Shown here one piece after another: positions 42,550 through 51,528 of a DNA stretch of 64,000 nucleotides (within the stretch, counting starts at the first letter, position 1; the number at the start of each line of letters is the position of its first letter). The DNA lies in the NCBI GenBank assembly GCA_035545635.1, contig DASZXY010000013.1, positions 302,838-366,837 of the forward strand, written 5' to 3'. The notes under the pieces were generated by a model. The model saw only the letters and a program-made list of their open reading frames with translations. It ran no database searches and had not been told where the DNA came from. Origin of the DNA: Mycobacteriales bacterium. GTDB taxonomy: Bacteria; Actinomycetota; Actinomycetes; JAFAQI01. The position numbers and the translations under genes were made by a program.

Positions 42550-45009
42550 GTGCGCCGACTTCTCTTCAAGCCGCAATCGTTTCTTCTGCTCGCTGCCGCC
42601 GTCATCGTCGGCGTCGCCGCGCCATCGGCAGGGGCGGCTCCCGCGCCGGCGCCGCATGGCGGCGCGGCTGCGGGCTTCACGGGCACGTACTTCGGCGACG
42701 GGAACATCCCTGCGGGCTGCATCGTCGACCGCGACCAGGACAACCCCGACAACAAGTGCTTCCACATGAAGGTCGGCCTGAACGCGCTCGACTCGCCTGA
42801 GGTCAACGTTGCGGTGCTGGTGCCGATCTCCCCAGCGGCCGAGCGCGATGCGCGCATGATGCGCGAGGCAGTCCAGATGTGGGACGGCGGCATCCACGAC
42901 CTCGCTGACCAGATGAACCTGCAGTGGCTGTCGAAGGGCGTCCACTTCCATGTCACGACCGACCTGGTGCCGGTCGACGCCAACGGTCTGCCGACCAGCG
43001 TGATCCGGCTGGTGCAGCCGAAGATCATCGTGATCGCGACCAACCCGGTCGGCGGCATCGGCATCGGCATCGACCCGGTGGCCTTCGCGAAGGAAGCCGG
43101 CCTCGACGTGTTCGGTCCGGGTGGCGCACCGTGCGGCTCATTCTCGAACCCGTTCTCGATGCAGCACTGGCTCACCGTGCCCGGCTTCGACGACCATCAC
43201 GGCGAGCTCGGCGGCATCTACGTCCACCGCTGTGACGGCCCGGGGGGCAACATCTGCTTCTCGATCAACGGCGCGGTCGACCCGGTCCCGGGCAAGACTG
43301 ACTTCTTCTCGATCTTCGACCTGGTGGCCCACGAGACCGGCCACTGCCTGACGCTCGGCCACGTCGGTGACGGCGCGGACGGCCCGTGGGGACCGATTCC
43401 GACGAACGACATCATGGCGTACAGCTCCGACCCGGTAGACCTCGCGAAGTGCGTCTCGACTCTCGACGTCGAGGGCTTCGCGCTGCGCATGAGCAACTTC
43501 CTCGATGTCAACGGCGACGGCAAAGTCAACGCCGCCGACGTACTCGTCCCCAACGACAAGGCGGGCGACGGTCTCAACTCGTTCCAGATCCAGAATCCGG
43601 CGGACCACTGGTACGCGTCGTCAACCGGACGGGCGGAGGACTGCCCGCAGCCGGACTTCGGCACCTTGCCGATCGGCGGCGCGACCAACTGGGAGCCCAA
43701 GCCCGTACAGGCCGCCAATCCACGGCTGGCCATCAGCTCGGTGAAGCATGCGGCCGGGCAGGTTCGGTGGAGCGGCTCAGCCGCCTGGGTGACGCCGCAG
43801 CCGCGGACCACGCGAGTTGCGTCGGTACAGGACGTGTCCGGCGACGGCACGTTGCCGATGACGGACATCACCTACTTCACGGCAAAGGTCACGCACAGCG
43901 ATGTGAAGGCCACCATCCACGTGGACAAGCTGTGGCCCACGGTCGAAGGCGGCCGAGTCACGGCCTACGGCCTGTACGTCGGCGGGCGCAAGTTCGACTC
44001 GTTCGTCACGACGCAGGGCACCACGAGCGACGTCCAGACGATCGACTCCGGTGCGCGCTACATGATGCCGCTCGGCACCTCGAAGTGGGACACCAAGGCG
44101 GGCACCGTCAGCTTCGACATTCCGCGCAGCTACCTCGCGCAGCAGCGGATCCACGCGCCGTACCAGGTATTCGCGGAGACCGGCGTGCACATCCGGACCA
44201 AGGACTGGGTGATGTCTCTGGACCGCGCCCCGGACGCGAAGATGGTGACCCTCTCGGCACCGAAGATGACGCCGCTGCCCCGCAGCGCGCCGTTCGCCAA
44301 GAAGGTCGCGACGCACACCTTCACGGTCCGCCACAAGGGCGGCAACACGTTCACGCCGGCCGACACCTCGACCTCCGGTCTGCCACTCGTGCCTGAGGTG
44401 GGCAATGTGCACGAGATCACGGTGCCGGTCACGAAGCAGTCCACCGTCACGGTGACCTTGAAGTGGGACGACCCGTCCTCCGCCCTGGGCCTGCAGGTCA
44501 AGGGCGGGTCGGGCCAGGCCGTGAAGAACGGCGCGGACTCGGTGACGGTGACGGTGCCTTGGGCGCACCATGACCTGACGGCGCGCATCATCCCGTCGCA
44601 GGTGCTCTCGCCGTCGGTCAACTACACCGTCACCGCCAGCGCGAAGACGTTGGTCGCCAACGCAGACCACGATGGCGTGCCGGACATCGCCGATGTGTGC
44701 AGGCACGACGCGGGTCCGGTGGACTCGGGTGGCTGCCCGGACACCGACCGCGACGGCATTCTCGATCGCAACGACAAGTGCCCGAAGGTCGCCGGCCTCG
44801 GCGCGTTCGGCTGCCCGAGCCCCACGGACGACAAGGTCATCGCGTTCCTCGACGAGAAGCGAGTCAAGACGACCTACGTGATGACGCTGCACGGTCCGTA
44901 CGAGTTCAGCGGATCGACCGAGGCGGCCGAGGGCAAGCACACGCTCAAGCTGGTCTGGTACTCCGGAACCCGACTCGTGAGGACGGTGACCCGAACCGTC
45001 AGCGTCTAG
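42550..45009 (+). CDS. secreted metzincin-like zinc metalloprotease with a dockerin/EF-hand-like motif and thrombospondin type-3-like Ca-binding repeats
   Basis: Signal peptide; HETGHCLTLGH followed by DIMAY; DVNGDGKVNAADVL; DHDGVPDIADVCRHDAG...CPDTDRDGILDRNDKCP. GTG start. Confidence 0.75.
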   Translation: MRRLLFKPQSFLLLAAAVIVGVAAPSAGAAPAPAPHGGAAAGFTGTYFGDGNIPAGCIVDRDQDNPDNKCFHMKVGLNALDSPEVNVAVLVPISPAAERDARMMREAVQMWDGGIHDLADQMNLQWLSKGVHFHVTTDLVPVDANGLPTSVIRLVQPKIIVIATNPVGGIGIGIDPVAFAKEAGLDVFGPGGAPCGSFSNPFSMQHWLTVPGFDDHHGELGGIYVHRCDGPGGNICFSINGAVDPVPGKTDFFSIFDLVAHETGHCLTLGHVGDGADGPWGPIPTNDIMAYSSDPVDLAKCVSTLDVEGFALRMSNFLDVNGDGKVNAADVLVPNDKAGDGLNSFQIQNPADHWYASSTGRAEDCPQPDFGTLPIGGATNWEPKPVQAANPRLAISSVKHAAGQVRWSGSAAWVTPQPRTTRVASVQDVSGDGTLPMTDITYFTAKVTHSDVKATIHVDKLWPTVEGGRVTAYGLYVGGRKFDSFVTTQGTTSDVQTIDSGARYMMPLGTSKWDTKAGTVSFDIPRSYLAQQRIHAPYQVFAETGVHIRTKDWVMSLDRAPDAKMVTLSAPKMTPLPRSAPFAKKVATHTFTVRHKGGNTFTPADTSTSGLPLVPEVGNVHEITVPVTKQSTVTVTLKWDDPSSALGLQVKGGSGQAVKNGADSVTVTVPWAHHDLTARIIPSQVLSPSVNYTVTASAKTLVANADHDGVPDIADVCRHDAGPVDSGGCPDTDRDGILDRNDKCPKVAGLGAFGCPSPTDDKVIAFLDEKRVKTTYVMTLHGPYEFSGSTEAAEGKHTLKLVWYSGTRLVRTVTRTVSV

Positions 45010-45824
45010 TCCTGCGCCGCGACCAACAGCGCGGCGAGCGGCTCGAGAGCTGTGATCAGCTCATCGAGCTCGGCTGCGGTCAGGCATTCGTACGGCGTCG
45101 CCGCGAGGTCGTCGGTGCGCTCCTCGACCCGCTGCTTGACGGCGCGTCCTTCGTCGGTGAGCCAGCCGTCCTCACCCACCAGGCCGCGCTTTCGCATCCC
45201 GTCGACCACCGCCGCGATCTGCTCCGCCGGGAGGTGGTGAATCCGCCCGAACCTCTCGGCCGGCAGGTCCATGTCGAGTGCCAGCAGCACGTGCGCCTCG
45301 AGGCCACCCACACCCTCGACCATCAACGCGGTGATGTGGCCGTCGCCGCGGTGCTCGCGAAGCAACGCCGCCGCGTAGAAGAACCGGCCCACCAGGTCCT
45401 CAGGCACCGGGAGGGCGCGAAGCGCGGCGTACATCGGCCGTCCCTCGGTCGGTGCGCTGGTAGCCGCCTCGAGCAACAGCTCTGTGGCACGAGCGAAAGC
45501 GGGTCCCTCGACGTGGCTGCCGAGGATGCGTCGCAGCGCGCGGACGCAACCCAGCTGACGTGCAGCAATCGCCGCCTCAGGGGTAGTCGTCTCCCACACC
45601 TTCGGAATGTGGCGAGCAACTTCACCCGGAGCGAAGTTGTAGAACAGCGCGTCGACGACCTCAGGCGTCGCGAGGCCGAGCGGCGCAGCGCGTCCGGCGA
45701 AGTAGGTGTCCCAGTAGTTGGTGAACCCGAGCGCGAACATCGTCTCGTTGGGCTCGTCGGCCGAATAAGGGATGAGGCCGATCGGCTCGACGAGCTCGTA
45801 CATCTGCCGAGCCATCGGATTCAT
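45006..45824 (-). CDS. conserved hypothetical protein (helical; possibly SCO6745-like)
   Basis: I trimmed the start to ATG 45824 (GGGAGC Shine-Dalgarno). MARQMYELVEPIGLIPYSADEPNETMFALGFTNYWDTYFAGRAAPLG. The family name is from memory only. Confidence 0.6.
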   Translation of the reverse strand: MNPMARQMYELVEPIGLIPYSADEPNETMFALGFTNYWDTYFAGRAAPLGLATPEVVDALFYNFAPGEVARHIPKVWETTTPEAAIAARQLGCVRALRRILGSHVEGPAFARATELLLEAATSAPTEGRPMYAALRALPVPEDLVGRFFYAAALLREHRGDGHITALMVEGVGGLEAHVLLALDMDLPAERFGRIHHLPAEQIAAVVDGMRKRGLVGEDGWLTDEGRAVKQRVEERTDDLAATPYECLTAAELDELITALEPLAALLVAAQD

Positions 45825-45930
45825 CGGTTGCTCCCTGCTTTGGACTAACGGCCAAGATCGCTGATGACCAGTTGGACGGATCGGCCTCGCCAATCTCATC
45901 GCATGTCGCCGCAAGGCGCAGAATGGGTCC

Positions 45931-46347
45931 GTGGCGTCCGCAGCCGAGCTCGACGAGCTGAAGCGGCTCCGCCGGGCTCGCGACCGGATGGACCGCGAGT
46001 ACGCGCAGCCGCTGGACGTTCCGGCGCTCGCGCAGACCGCACTCATGTCGCCGGCGCACTTCAGCCGTCGCTTTCGCGACGCGTACTCGGAGACGCCGTA
46101 CTCCTATCTGATGACGCGGCGGATCGAACGCGCCAAGGCCTTGTTGCGACAGGGGGACCTCAGCGTCACCGACGTGTGCTTTGCGGTTGGCTGCACCAGC
46201 CTCAGCTCGTTCTCGTCGCGGTTCACCGAGATCGTCGGCGAGACTCCGTCGGACTACCGCGCCGCCAACCATGACGACATGCGCGACACCAGCTCCTGCC
46301 AGTCGTTGGTGCTGACCCGCCCGCGCCGCACGAAGTCGAAGACGTAG
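45931..46347 (+). CDS. AraC family transcriptional regulator (HTH domain only)
   Basis: MSPAHFSRRFRDAYSETPYSYLMTRRIERAKALL...VTDVCFAVGCTSLSSFSSRF; 138 aa with no ligand domain. Confidence 0.85.
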   Translation: MASAAELDELKRLRRARDRMDREYAQPLDVPALAQTALMSPAHFSRRFRDAYSETPYSYLMTRRIERAKALLRQGDLSVTDVCFAVGCTSLSSFSSRFTEIVGETPSDYRAANHDDMRDTSSCQSLVLTRPRRTKSKT

Positions 46348-46392
46348 CGAAGCGAGCAGTTTCGGAGAAGCGCCGGCCGTCGGCAGCCTCCT

Positions 46393-46809
46393 ATGGTCGG
46401 TGCCATGAGTACTTCGATCAGCGGCGTGCACGTGACGGTCGACGACCCCGATGCGGCCCTCGCCTTCTACCGGGACAGCCTCGGCATGACAGTCGTCAAC
46501 CGGGTCGACAAGGACGGCTTCAGCTGGATCACGCTGACGACGGAAGCCCAGCCCGACATCTCGATCGTGCTCTCGCAGCCGCACGGCGGCCGGTCGCAGG
46601 AGGACGGCGACGCTCTCGCGATGCTGCTGGCCAAGGGCGCGCTCCCGATGCTTCAGCTTCGCGTGTCCGACCTCACCACGACGTTCGACAAGCTCGCGGC
46701 GACGCCCGGCGTCGAGGTGCTGCAGGAGCCGGACGACCGGTTCTGGGGAGTGCGCGACGCGGCGGTACGCGACCCCGCCGGCAACATGATCCGCGTCGCG
46801 CAGGCCTAG
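46393..46809 (+). CDS. VOC (glyoxalase/bleomycin-resistance) family protein
   Basis: VHVTVDDPDAALAFYRDSLGM...FWGVRDAAVRDPAGNMIRV. Confidence 0.85.
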   Translation: MVGAMSTSISGVHVTVDDPDAALAFYRDSLGMTVVNRVDKDGFSWITLTTEAQPDISIVLSQPHGGRSQEDGDALAMLLAKGALPMLQLRVSDLTTTFDKLAATPGVEVLQEPDDRFWGVRDAAVRDPAGNMIRVAQA

Positions 46810-48188
46810 GGCTGGGTCTGTTCTCCCAGCGCTGCGGAGAATGCGGCAATCTCGTCGCGGATGTGCGTGCCCAGCTCACGGAGATCCGGCATGAACTCGC
46901 GGCATGACTGCATGCCGATCGAGAACGTGTCGAGATAGCTCCACGCCGTGATGTTCAGGCCGAGCAACCGGGTGATCGGTCCCATCGACCGCACCGCCAC
47001 CACCGGCGCGCCCGCGACTGACAGCTCACTCGGTCCGCGCACATTGGAGACAACCGCGTTGAACAGCGGGCGCCGCACCATCCGCTCGACGACGGTGAGC
47101 GACTTGAGGGTCATCTTGCCGAACAGCAAGTAGTAGTCCTGCCACACGGCGAACAGCTCCGCGTCGCCCTGCGCCCAGGCCCGGGCGGCGTTGAGGCTGT
47201 CCTTCACCGCCGCCAACCGCTCGACCGGGTCGGCGATGTCAGTGCCGATCGCGACGTACCAGTACGACGTGCGGTTGCCGAAGTTGTCGATCTCCTCCGG
47301 CTTCCGCAGTGACACTGGCAGCGCCACGTTCAGACAGCGGTCGGGCGTCTCGCCGTGCGCCGCGAGATAGCGACGCACAGCGCCACCACAGATCGTGACG
47401 AACAGCTCGTTGACCGTGGCCTCGGCGCGCTTCGACAGCTCTTTGATCTCCGTGAACGGAACCGTGAGGTCGACGTACACCCGCTCCGCGACCAATCGCT
47501 TGTTGAAGCGCGTCGACGGGCCCGACAACGGGTTCACAACCGGGGGCGCACCGGACTTGCGCAGGTTGCGGTTGAAGCGGATCGAGGAGAAGGATCGCTT
47601 CGTCACGGCGGGAAGCCCACGAAGCTGCCGGCCTTGAGATCGCAACGCGAACCCGATCAGCCGCGCCCGGCTCGGCATCGGCTCCGCCTCGGGCACCTCA
47701 CCGAGCGGATCACCCGAGCCGCCGTCGAACGCGAGCTCGAAGAAGCGAACGCTCGCCTGGCCATCCATCACGGCGTGGTGGATCTTGAAGACGAGCGCCG
47801 TGCGGCCGCCCGCCAGTCCGGTCACGATCGTCAGGTCCCACAACGGGCGGTCACGCGGAAGCTGCACACTTGCGACCCGGGAGATCACCTCGTCGAGCTG
47901 CTCCTCGTCGCCGGGCGCCGGCAGCGCCTCGACCACGATGTGACGGTCGATCTCGAACGGACCGCTGTCGATGAAGACCGGCCGACCGAGGCCCAGTGGG
48001 ATTTTCCGGACCTGCCACCGGAATGGCGCCAGCCGGGGCAGCCGGTCACGCGCCCAGTTCTTGAGGTCCTCCACCTCGACCGGTTCGCCATCCTTCGGGC
48101 CGACGATCGCGACCTTGAGTGTGTGCATGTGCTGCCGCGCGTTCTCCTCGAGAACGTGGAGCGCGTCGACTCCTAGCAGCTGTCGCAT
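46806..48188 (-). CDS. wax ester synthase/diacylglycerol acyltransferase (WS/DGAT)
   Basis: Catalytic HHAVMDG (HHxxxDG) motif; about 460 aa. I trimmed the start to ATG 48188. Confidence 0.85.
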   Translation of the reverse strand: MRQLLGVDALHVLEENARQHMHTLKVAIVGPKDGEPVEVEDLKNWARDRLPRLAPFRWQVRKIPLGLGRPVFIDSGPFEIDRHIVVEALPAPGDEEQLDEVISRVASVQLPRDRPLWDLTIVTGLAGGRTALVFKIHHAVMDGQASVRFFELAFDGGSGDPLGEVPEAEPMPSRARLIGFALRSQGRQLRGLPAVTKRSFSSIRFNRNLRKSGAPPVVNPLSGPSTRFNKRLVAERVYVDLTVPFTEIKELSKRAEATVNELFVTICGGAVRRYLAAHGETPDRCLNVALPVSLRKPEEIDNFGNRTSYWYVAIGTDIADPVERLAAVKDSLNAARAWAQGDAELFAVWQDYYLLFGKMTLKSLTVVERMVRRPLFNAVVSNVRGPSELSVAGAPVVAVRSMGPITRLLGLNITAWSYLDTFSIGMQSCREFMPDLRELGTHIRDEIAAFSAALGEQTQP

Positions 48189-48328
48189 GGCAAGTGGAAA
48201 CGCTACACAGACGTTCACCGCCGCGCCCACCGGCCATCGGCGTCCACGGGCTCCGCCGACGGCCTCTACATGCGCTCGCTGCTACGGTCAGTCCAGCTGT
48301 CTTAGCCGGGGGTTCAGGAGGATCCGCA

Positions 48329-48787
48329 ATGCCGCTCAACCGTGACTTCATCGGCCGGTCGTACGAAGCCGAGGGCACGTATGAGATCGGACGCGAGCAC
48401 ATCCGGCGCTTCGCCGACGCCATCGGTGATCCGAACCCGATCTACCGCGACAAGGAAGCGGCTCAGGCAGCGGGCTACAAGGACGTCATCGCTCCCCCGA
48501 CCTTCCTCACCACGATGGGCTTCGCGCTCCGTGGCGGCGGGCCGCTGGCGAGCGCCGACCTCGGCCTCAACTACGCCCTCGTCGTGCACGGCGAGCAGAA
48601 GTTCGTCCACCACCGGCCGATCCACCCTGGCGACGAGCTCACGGCGACCACCCACATCGACGACATCCGCGACGCCGGCGCGAACGAGCTGCTGACGATG
48701 CGCATGGAGATTCGTACGACGGGCGGCGAGCTCGTCTGTGAGGCCACCAACGTGGTCGTCTCGCGAGGCACCGCTGCCGGCAACTAG
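48329..48787 (+). CDS. MaoC-like (R)-specific hydratase/dehydratase
   Basis: IRRFADAIGDPNPIYRDKEAAQAAGYKDVIAPPTF hotdog motif; AGGAGGA Shine-Dalgarno upstream of ATG 48329. Confidence 0.85.
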   Translation: MPLNRDFIGRSYEAEGTYEIGREHIRRFADAIGDPNPIYRDKEAAQAAGYKDVIAPPTFLTTMGFALRGGGPLASADLGLNYALVVHGEQKFVHHRPIHPGDELTATTHIDDIRDAGANELLTMRMEIRTTGGELVCEATNVVVSRGTAAGN

Positions 48788-50090
48788 CGCGCAGGCTCCC
48801 GCGCGAGCTCCTCTTCGGAGTCCGCGAAAGCTCCTCCGCCTCGAGCTTCCGAGCGAGCAAACGACGTCCCAGGACGCCCGGCCGCTGCTCCTGACGCTCG
48901 GGCTTCCGACGTTCGGGCTGGCCTTCGCGATCACCATCCTGACCACGTACGGGCCTAGCGTCCTGCTCGCCCTCACGCACTCGCCGGCGAAGGTTGGCGC
49001 TTTGATCGGCGGCGAAGGCGCGTTCGCTCTCGCGATCCCGTTGATCGCGGGCGTGTTGTCAGATCGCATGGCGGGCACCGGCCGGTTCGGCCCACGGCTT
49101 CCGTTCGTGATCGTCGGAGCCCCGCTTGCCGGCGCCGGTCTCGTCCTGCTTCCGTTCGCGCCGGACTACCAGCTCGCCGGCTTGTTCATCCTTGCGTTCT
49201 TCATCGGCTACTACATCTACTACCCGCCGTACCGCGCGATCTACGCCGACCTGTTGCCCAAACGGCTGCTGCCACGTGCGCAATCGAGCCAGGCGATCAT
49301 GCGCGGCGCCGGACTCGGACTCGCTCTGGTGGCGGGCGGCCTGTTGCTGTCGGCCTGGACTCCGCTTCCCTTCGTGCTGGGAACGGCTGTGCTCGGTGTG
49401 AGCACGCTGGGGCTCAAACCGGTCATCCGCCTGCAGCAGGAGTGCCCACCGCGGCCCGGCGACGAGGACAGCGAGGGCGTCAACCCGGGCGAGCTGTTCC
49501 TGCACCACCGTGCGCTCCAGATCTTCGCCCTGGCAAACGCCATCTGGGAGTACAGCTTCGCGGGCCTGAAGGTTTTCATCGTCTTGTACGTCACCAAGGG
49601 ACTCGGGAAGTCGACGTCGATGGCGTCGGTCTTCATCGCGGTCGTCGCGGTCGCCTACGTCATCGGCGCGCCGATCGCGAGCCGGCTCTCCGAGCGCTAC
49701 GGGATCGTCCGGGTGATGGAGATCTCGGCGCTGGCATACGGGCTCCTGCTCTGCGTCGGGATCTTCCCGACCACCGTGACGCCGATGATGATCGTGTTGC
49801 CGTTCGGCGCCCTCGCCGGTTCGATCCTCATGACACTCCCGCAGGCGCTGGCATTCACGATCGCGCCCGACGATGCGCAGGGCTCGGCCGCGGGCCTCGT
49901 CGACTTCTCGCGTGGCGTCGGCGTCGTGCTCGGGCCCTTGCTGGTCGGCGCCGGTGTCTCCTGGTCGAAGTCGTGGCTGTCAGCTACCCACGGCTACGCG
50001 ATCATGTGGCTGATGATCGGGGCACCGATCGTGGCGTCCTTGGCGTTGCTCCGGATGCTGCGCAGCCACGTCGCCGCGGCCGCGACCTAG
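48738..50090 (+). CDS. MFS transporter
   Basis: About 12 hydrophobic segments. The start is uncertain: GTG 48738 overlaps the MaoC gene by 50 nt, and there is no ATG/GTG between it and the first TM segment. Confidence 0.75.
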   Translation: MRPPTWSSREAPLPATSAQAPARAPLRSPRKLLRLELPSEQTTSQDARPLLLTLGLPTFGLAFAITILTTYGPSVLLALTHSPAKVGALIGGEGAFALAIPLIAGVLSDRMAGTGRFGPRLPFVIVGAPLAGAGLVLLPFAPDYQLAGLFILAFFIGYYIYYPPYRAIYADLLPKRLLPRAQSSQAIMRGAGLGLALVAGGLLLSAWTPLPFVLGTAVLGVSTLGLKPVIRLQQECPPRPGDEDSEGVNPGELFLHHRALQIFALANAIWEYSFAGLKVFIVLYVTKGLGKSTSMASVFIAVVAVAYVIGAPIASRLSERYGIVRVMEISALAYGLLLCVGIFPTTVTPMMIVLPFGALAGSILMTLPQALAFTIAPDDAQGSAAGLVDFSRGVGVVLGPLLVGAGVSWSKSWLSATHGYAIMWLMIGAPIVASLALLRMLRSHVAAAAT

Positions 50091-50878
50091 GCGCTCTTTC
50101 GCTTCTTCTGCTTGCGCGCGGCACGTGCCGCGACCGCTGCCGCCTCGATCGGCTTTGCCTCCTCGAGCGTGGGGGCGCCGCCGCCGAGATAGGCGGGCTG
50201 CCACCACATCTCGTCGTCCGACTCAGGACCGGAATAGGAGCGCTGAACCTTCTCGGCCAGAGACGTGATCGCCTCATGCAACAACGCCGTCGCATCGACA
50301 GCCGAGATCCCGTCGGGCAGCGGGATGGGCGGCGCGACCTCCACGACGACCGGAACCCCGCGGCGCAAGGTCGGCTTGCGTCCAGTGGTCCAAACGCGAT
50401 GTCCGCCCCAGACGACCACGGGAATCAGCGGCACACCAGCCTCGATCGCCATCCGCGCCGCACCGGTCTTGAACGTGCGCGGCACATAGGCGCGGCTGAT
50501 CGTCGACTCTGGAAACACACCCACCAGCTCACCGTCTCTGAGCGCGTTGACCGCCGCCTCGTACGCACCGAGACCGGCCGCCCGGTCGACCGGGATGTGA
50601 TGCATCCCCCGCATGAGCGGACCGGAGACTGCGTTGTCGAACACGGCCTTCTTCGCCATGAAGCGCACCAGCCGACGGCCGTTGTAGTGGGCGGGTAGCC
50701 CGACGAACATGAAGTCGAAGTAGCTGACGTGGTTCGAAGCGAGAACCGCACCGCCGCGGGTGGGGATGTTCTCACCGCCGCTGATCGTGAAGCGAAAGCC
50801 GAGCAACCGGAACAAGACAAGCACCACACGGATGACAGGCCGATAGACCCACTCGCGTTGCCGCTTCGTCTTTGTCAT
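50087..50878 (-). CDS. lysophospholipid (1-acyl-sn-glycerol-3-phosphate) acyltransferase family protein
   Basis: NHVSYFDF (HX4D) and FPESTISR motifs. ATG 50878 shares 1 nt with the upstream stop (TGATG). Confidence 0.85.
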   Translation of the reverse strand: MTKTKRQREWVYRPVIRVVLVLFRLLGFRFTISGGENIPTRGGAVLASNHVSYFDFMFVGLPAHYNGRRLVRFMAKKAVFDNAVSGPLMRGMHHIPVDRAAGLGAYEAAVNALRDGELVGVFPESTISRAYVPRTFKTGAARMAIEAGVPLIPVVVWGGHRVWTTGRKPTLRRGVPVVVEVAPPIPLPDGISAVDATALLHEAITSLAEKVQRSYSGPESDDEMWWQPAYLGGGAPTLEEAKPIEAAAVAARAARKQKKRKSA

Positions 50879-51528
50879 CACGCGCCTCCTTCGGCGAGCA
50901 GTGCCTGGGCTACTCGCGCAAGGTGCGCGACTCGGGTGATCTCGGTGGCGAGAAAGGCCGGGCCGCCCATCCGCCCCAACAACAGCGCGCCGTCGCGGAA
51001 CGGTACGCCGAGCAGCTCGCTGTCCGGTCCGGCTGCCGCTGCGTCGTCCCACACCTCGGACGCGTCGACCTGCCTTGCTTCCGTCAGCGGGAGCCAGGAC
51101 CGCATCGTCGACTCCGGCGCACCCGCGGTTGCGGCGAGAACGACCGCTTCGCGGGAGACGACGAGCGAGTAACGCACTTGCATCAGCTCAGGAAGCCCGT
51201 CGACCAGCGCAGCAAGGGGATCGTCGCTGGTCAGTGCGGTGTCGAGCAGCGTGAGGTCGTCCTGTATCCGGTGTCTGCCGTGGTGACGCTGAACGGTTTC
51301 GACCGCGACTCCGGGGACGCCGGAGACCGCACTCACCAAGCGGTCAGCGAGGGCGCCGGGTGGCAGCGCGACAACGATGTCGTCGACCGCGAACGCCTCC
51401 GACCGATCGACGACCGCAATTCCCTCGATGTCGGCACCGACATTGCCAAGCGCGGTCGCCACCCGTCCCAGCACACCGGGCTGGTCAGGCAGCCGCACCC
51501 GCAACAGGTAGCTAGACGCGCGGCTCAC
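50878..51528 (-). CDS. ACT domain-containing protein
   Basis: LLRVRLPDQPGVLGRVATALGNVGADIEGIAVV is typical of an ACT fold. It has 4-nt and 1-nt overlaps with its neighbours. Confidence 0.75.
   Translation of the reverse strand: MSRASSYLLRVRLPDQPGVLGRVATALGNVGADIEGIAVVDRSEAFAVDDIVVALPPGALADRLVSAVSGVPGVAVETVQRHHGRHRIQDDLTLLDTALTSDDPLAALVDGLPELMQVRYSLVVSREAVVLAATAGAPESTMRSWLPLTEARQVDASEVWDDAAAAGPDSELLGVPFRDGALLLGRMGGPAFLATEITRVAHLARVAQALLAEGGA

Noticed and set aside
43777-44940. 387-aa minus-strand ORF (similarly 12592-13587, 7753-8448, 23695-24684 and 37990-38646)
   Set aside because: All are antisense shadows of well-supported CDSs in a high-GC genome.
45746-45756. An 11-mer CGTTGGGCTCG identical to the arm of the palindromic element
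   Set aside because: It lies inside a CDS (encoding EPNET on the minus strand) with no partner arm nearby, so it is plausibly chance.
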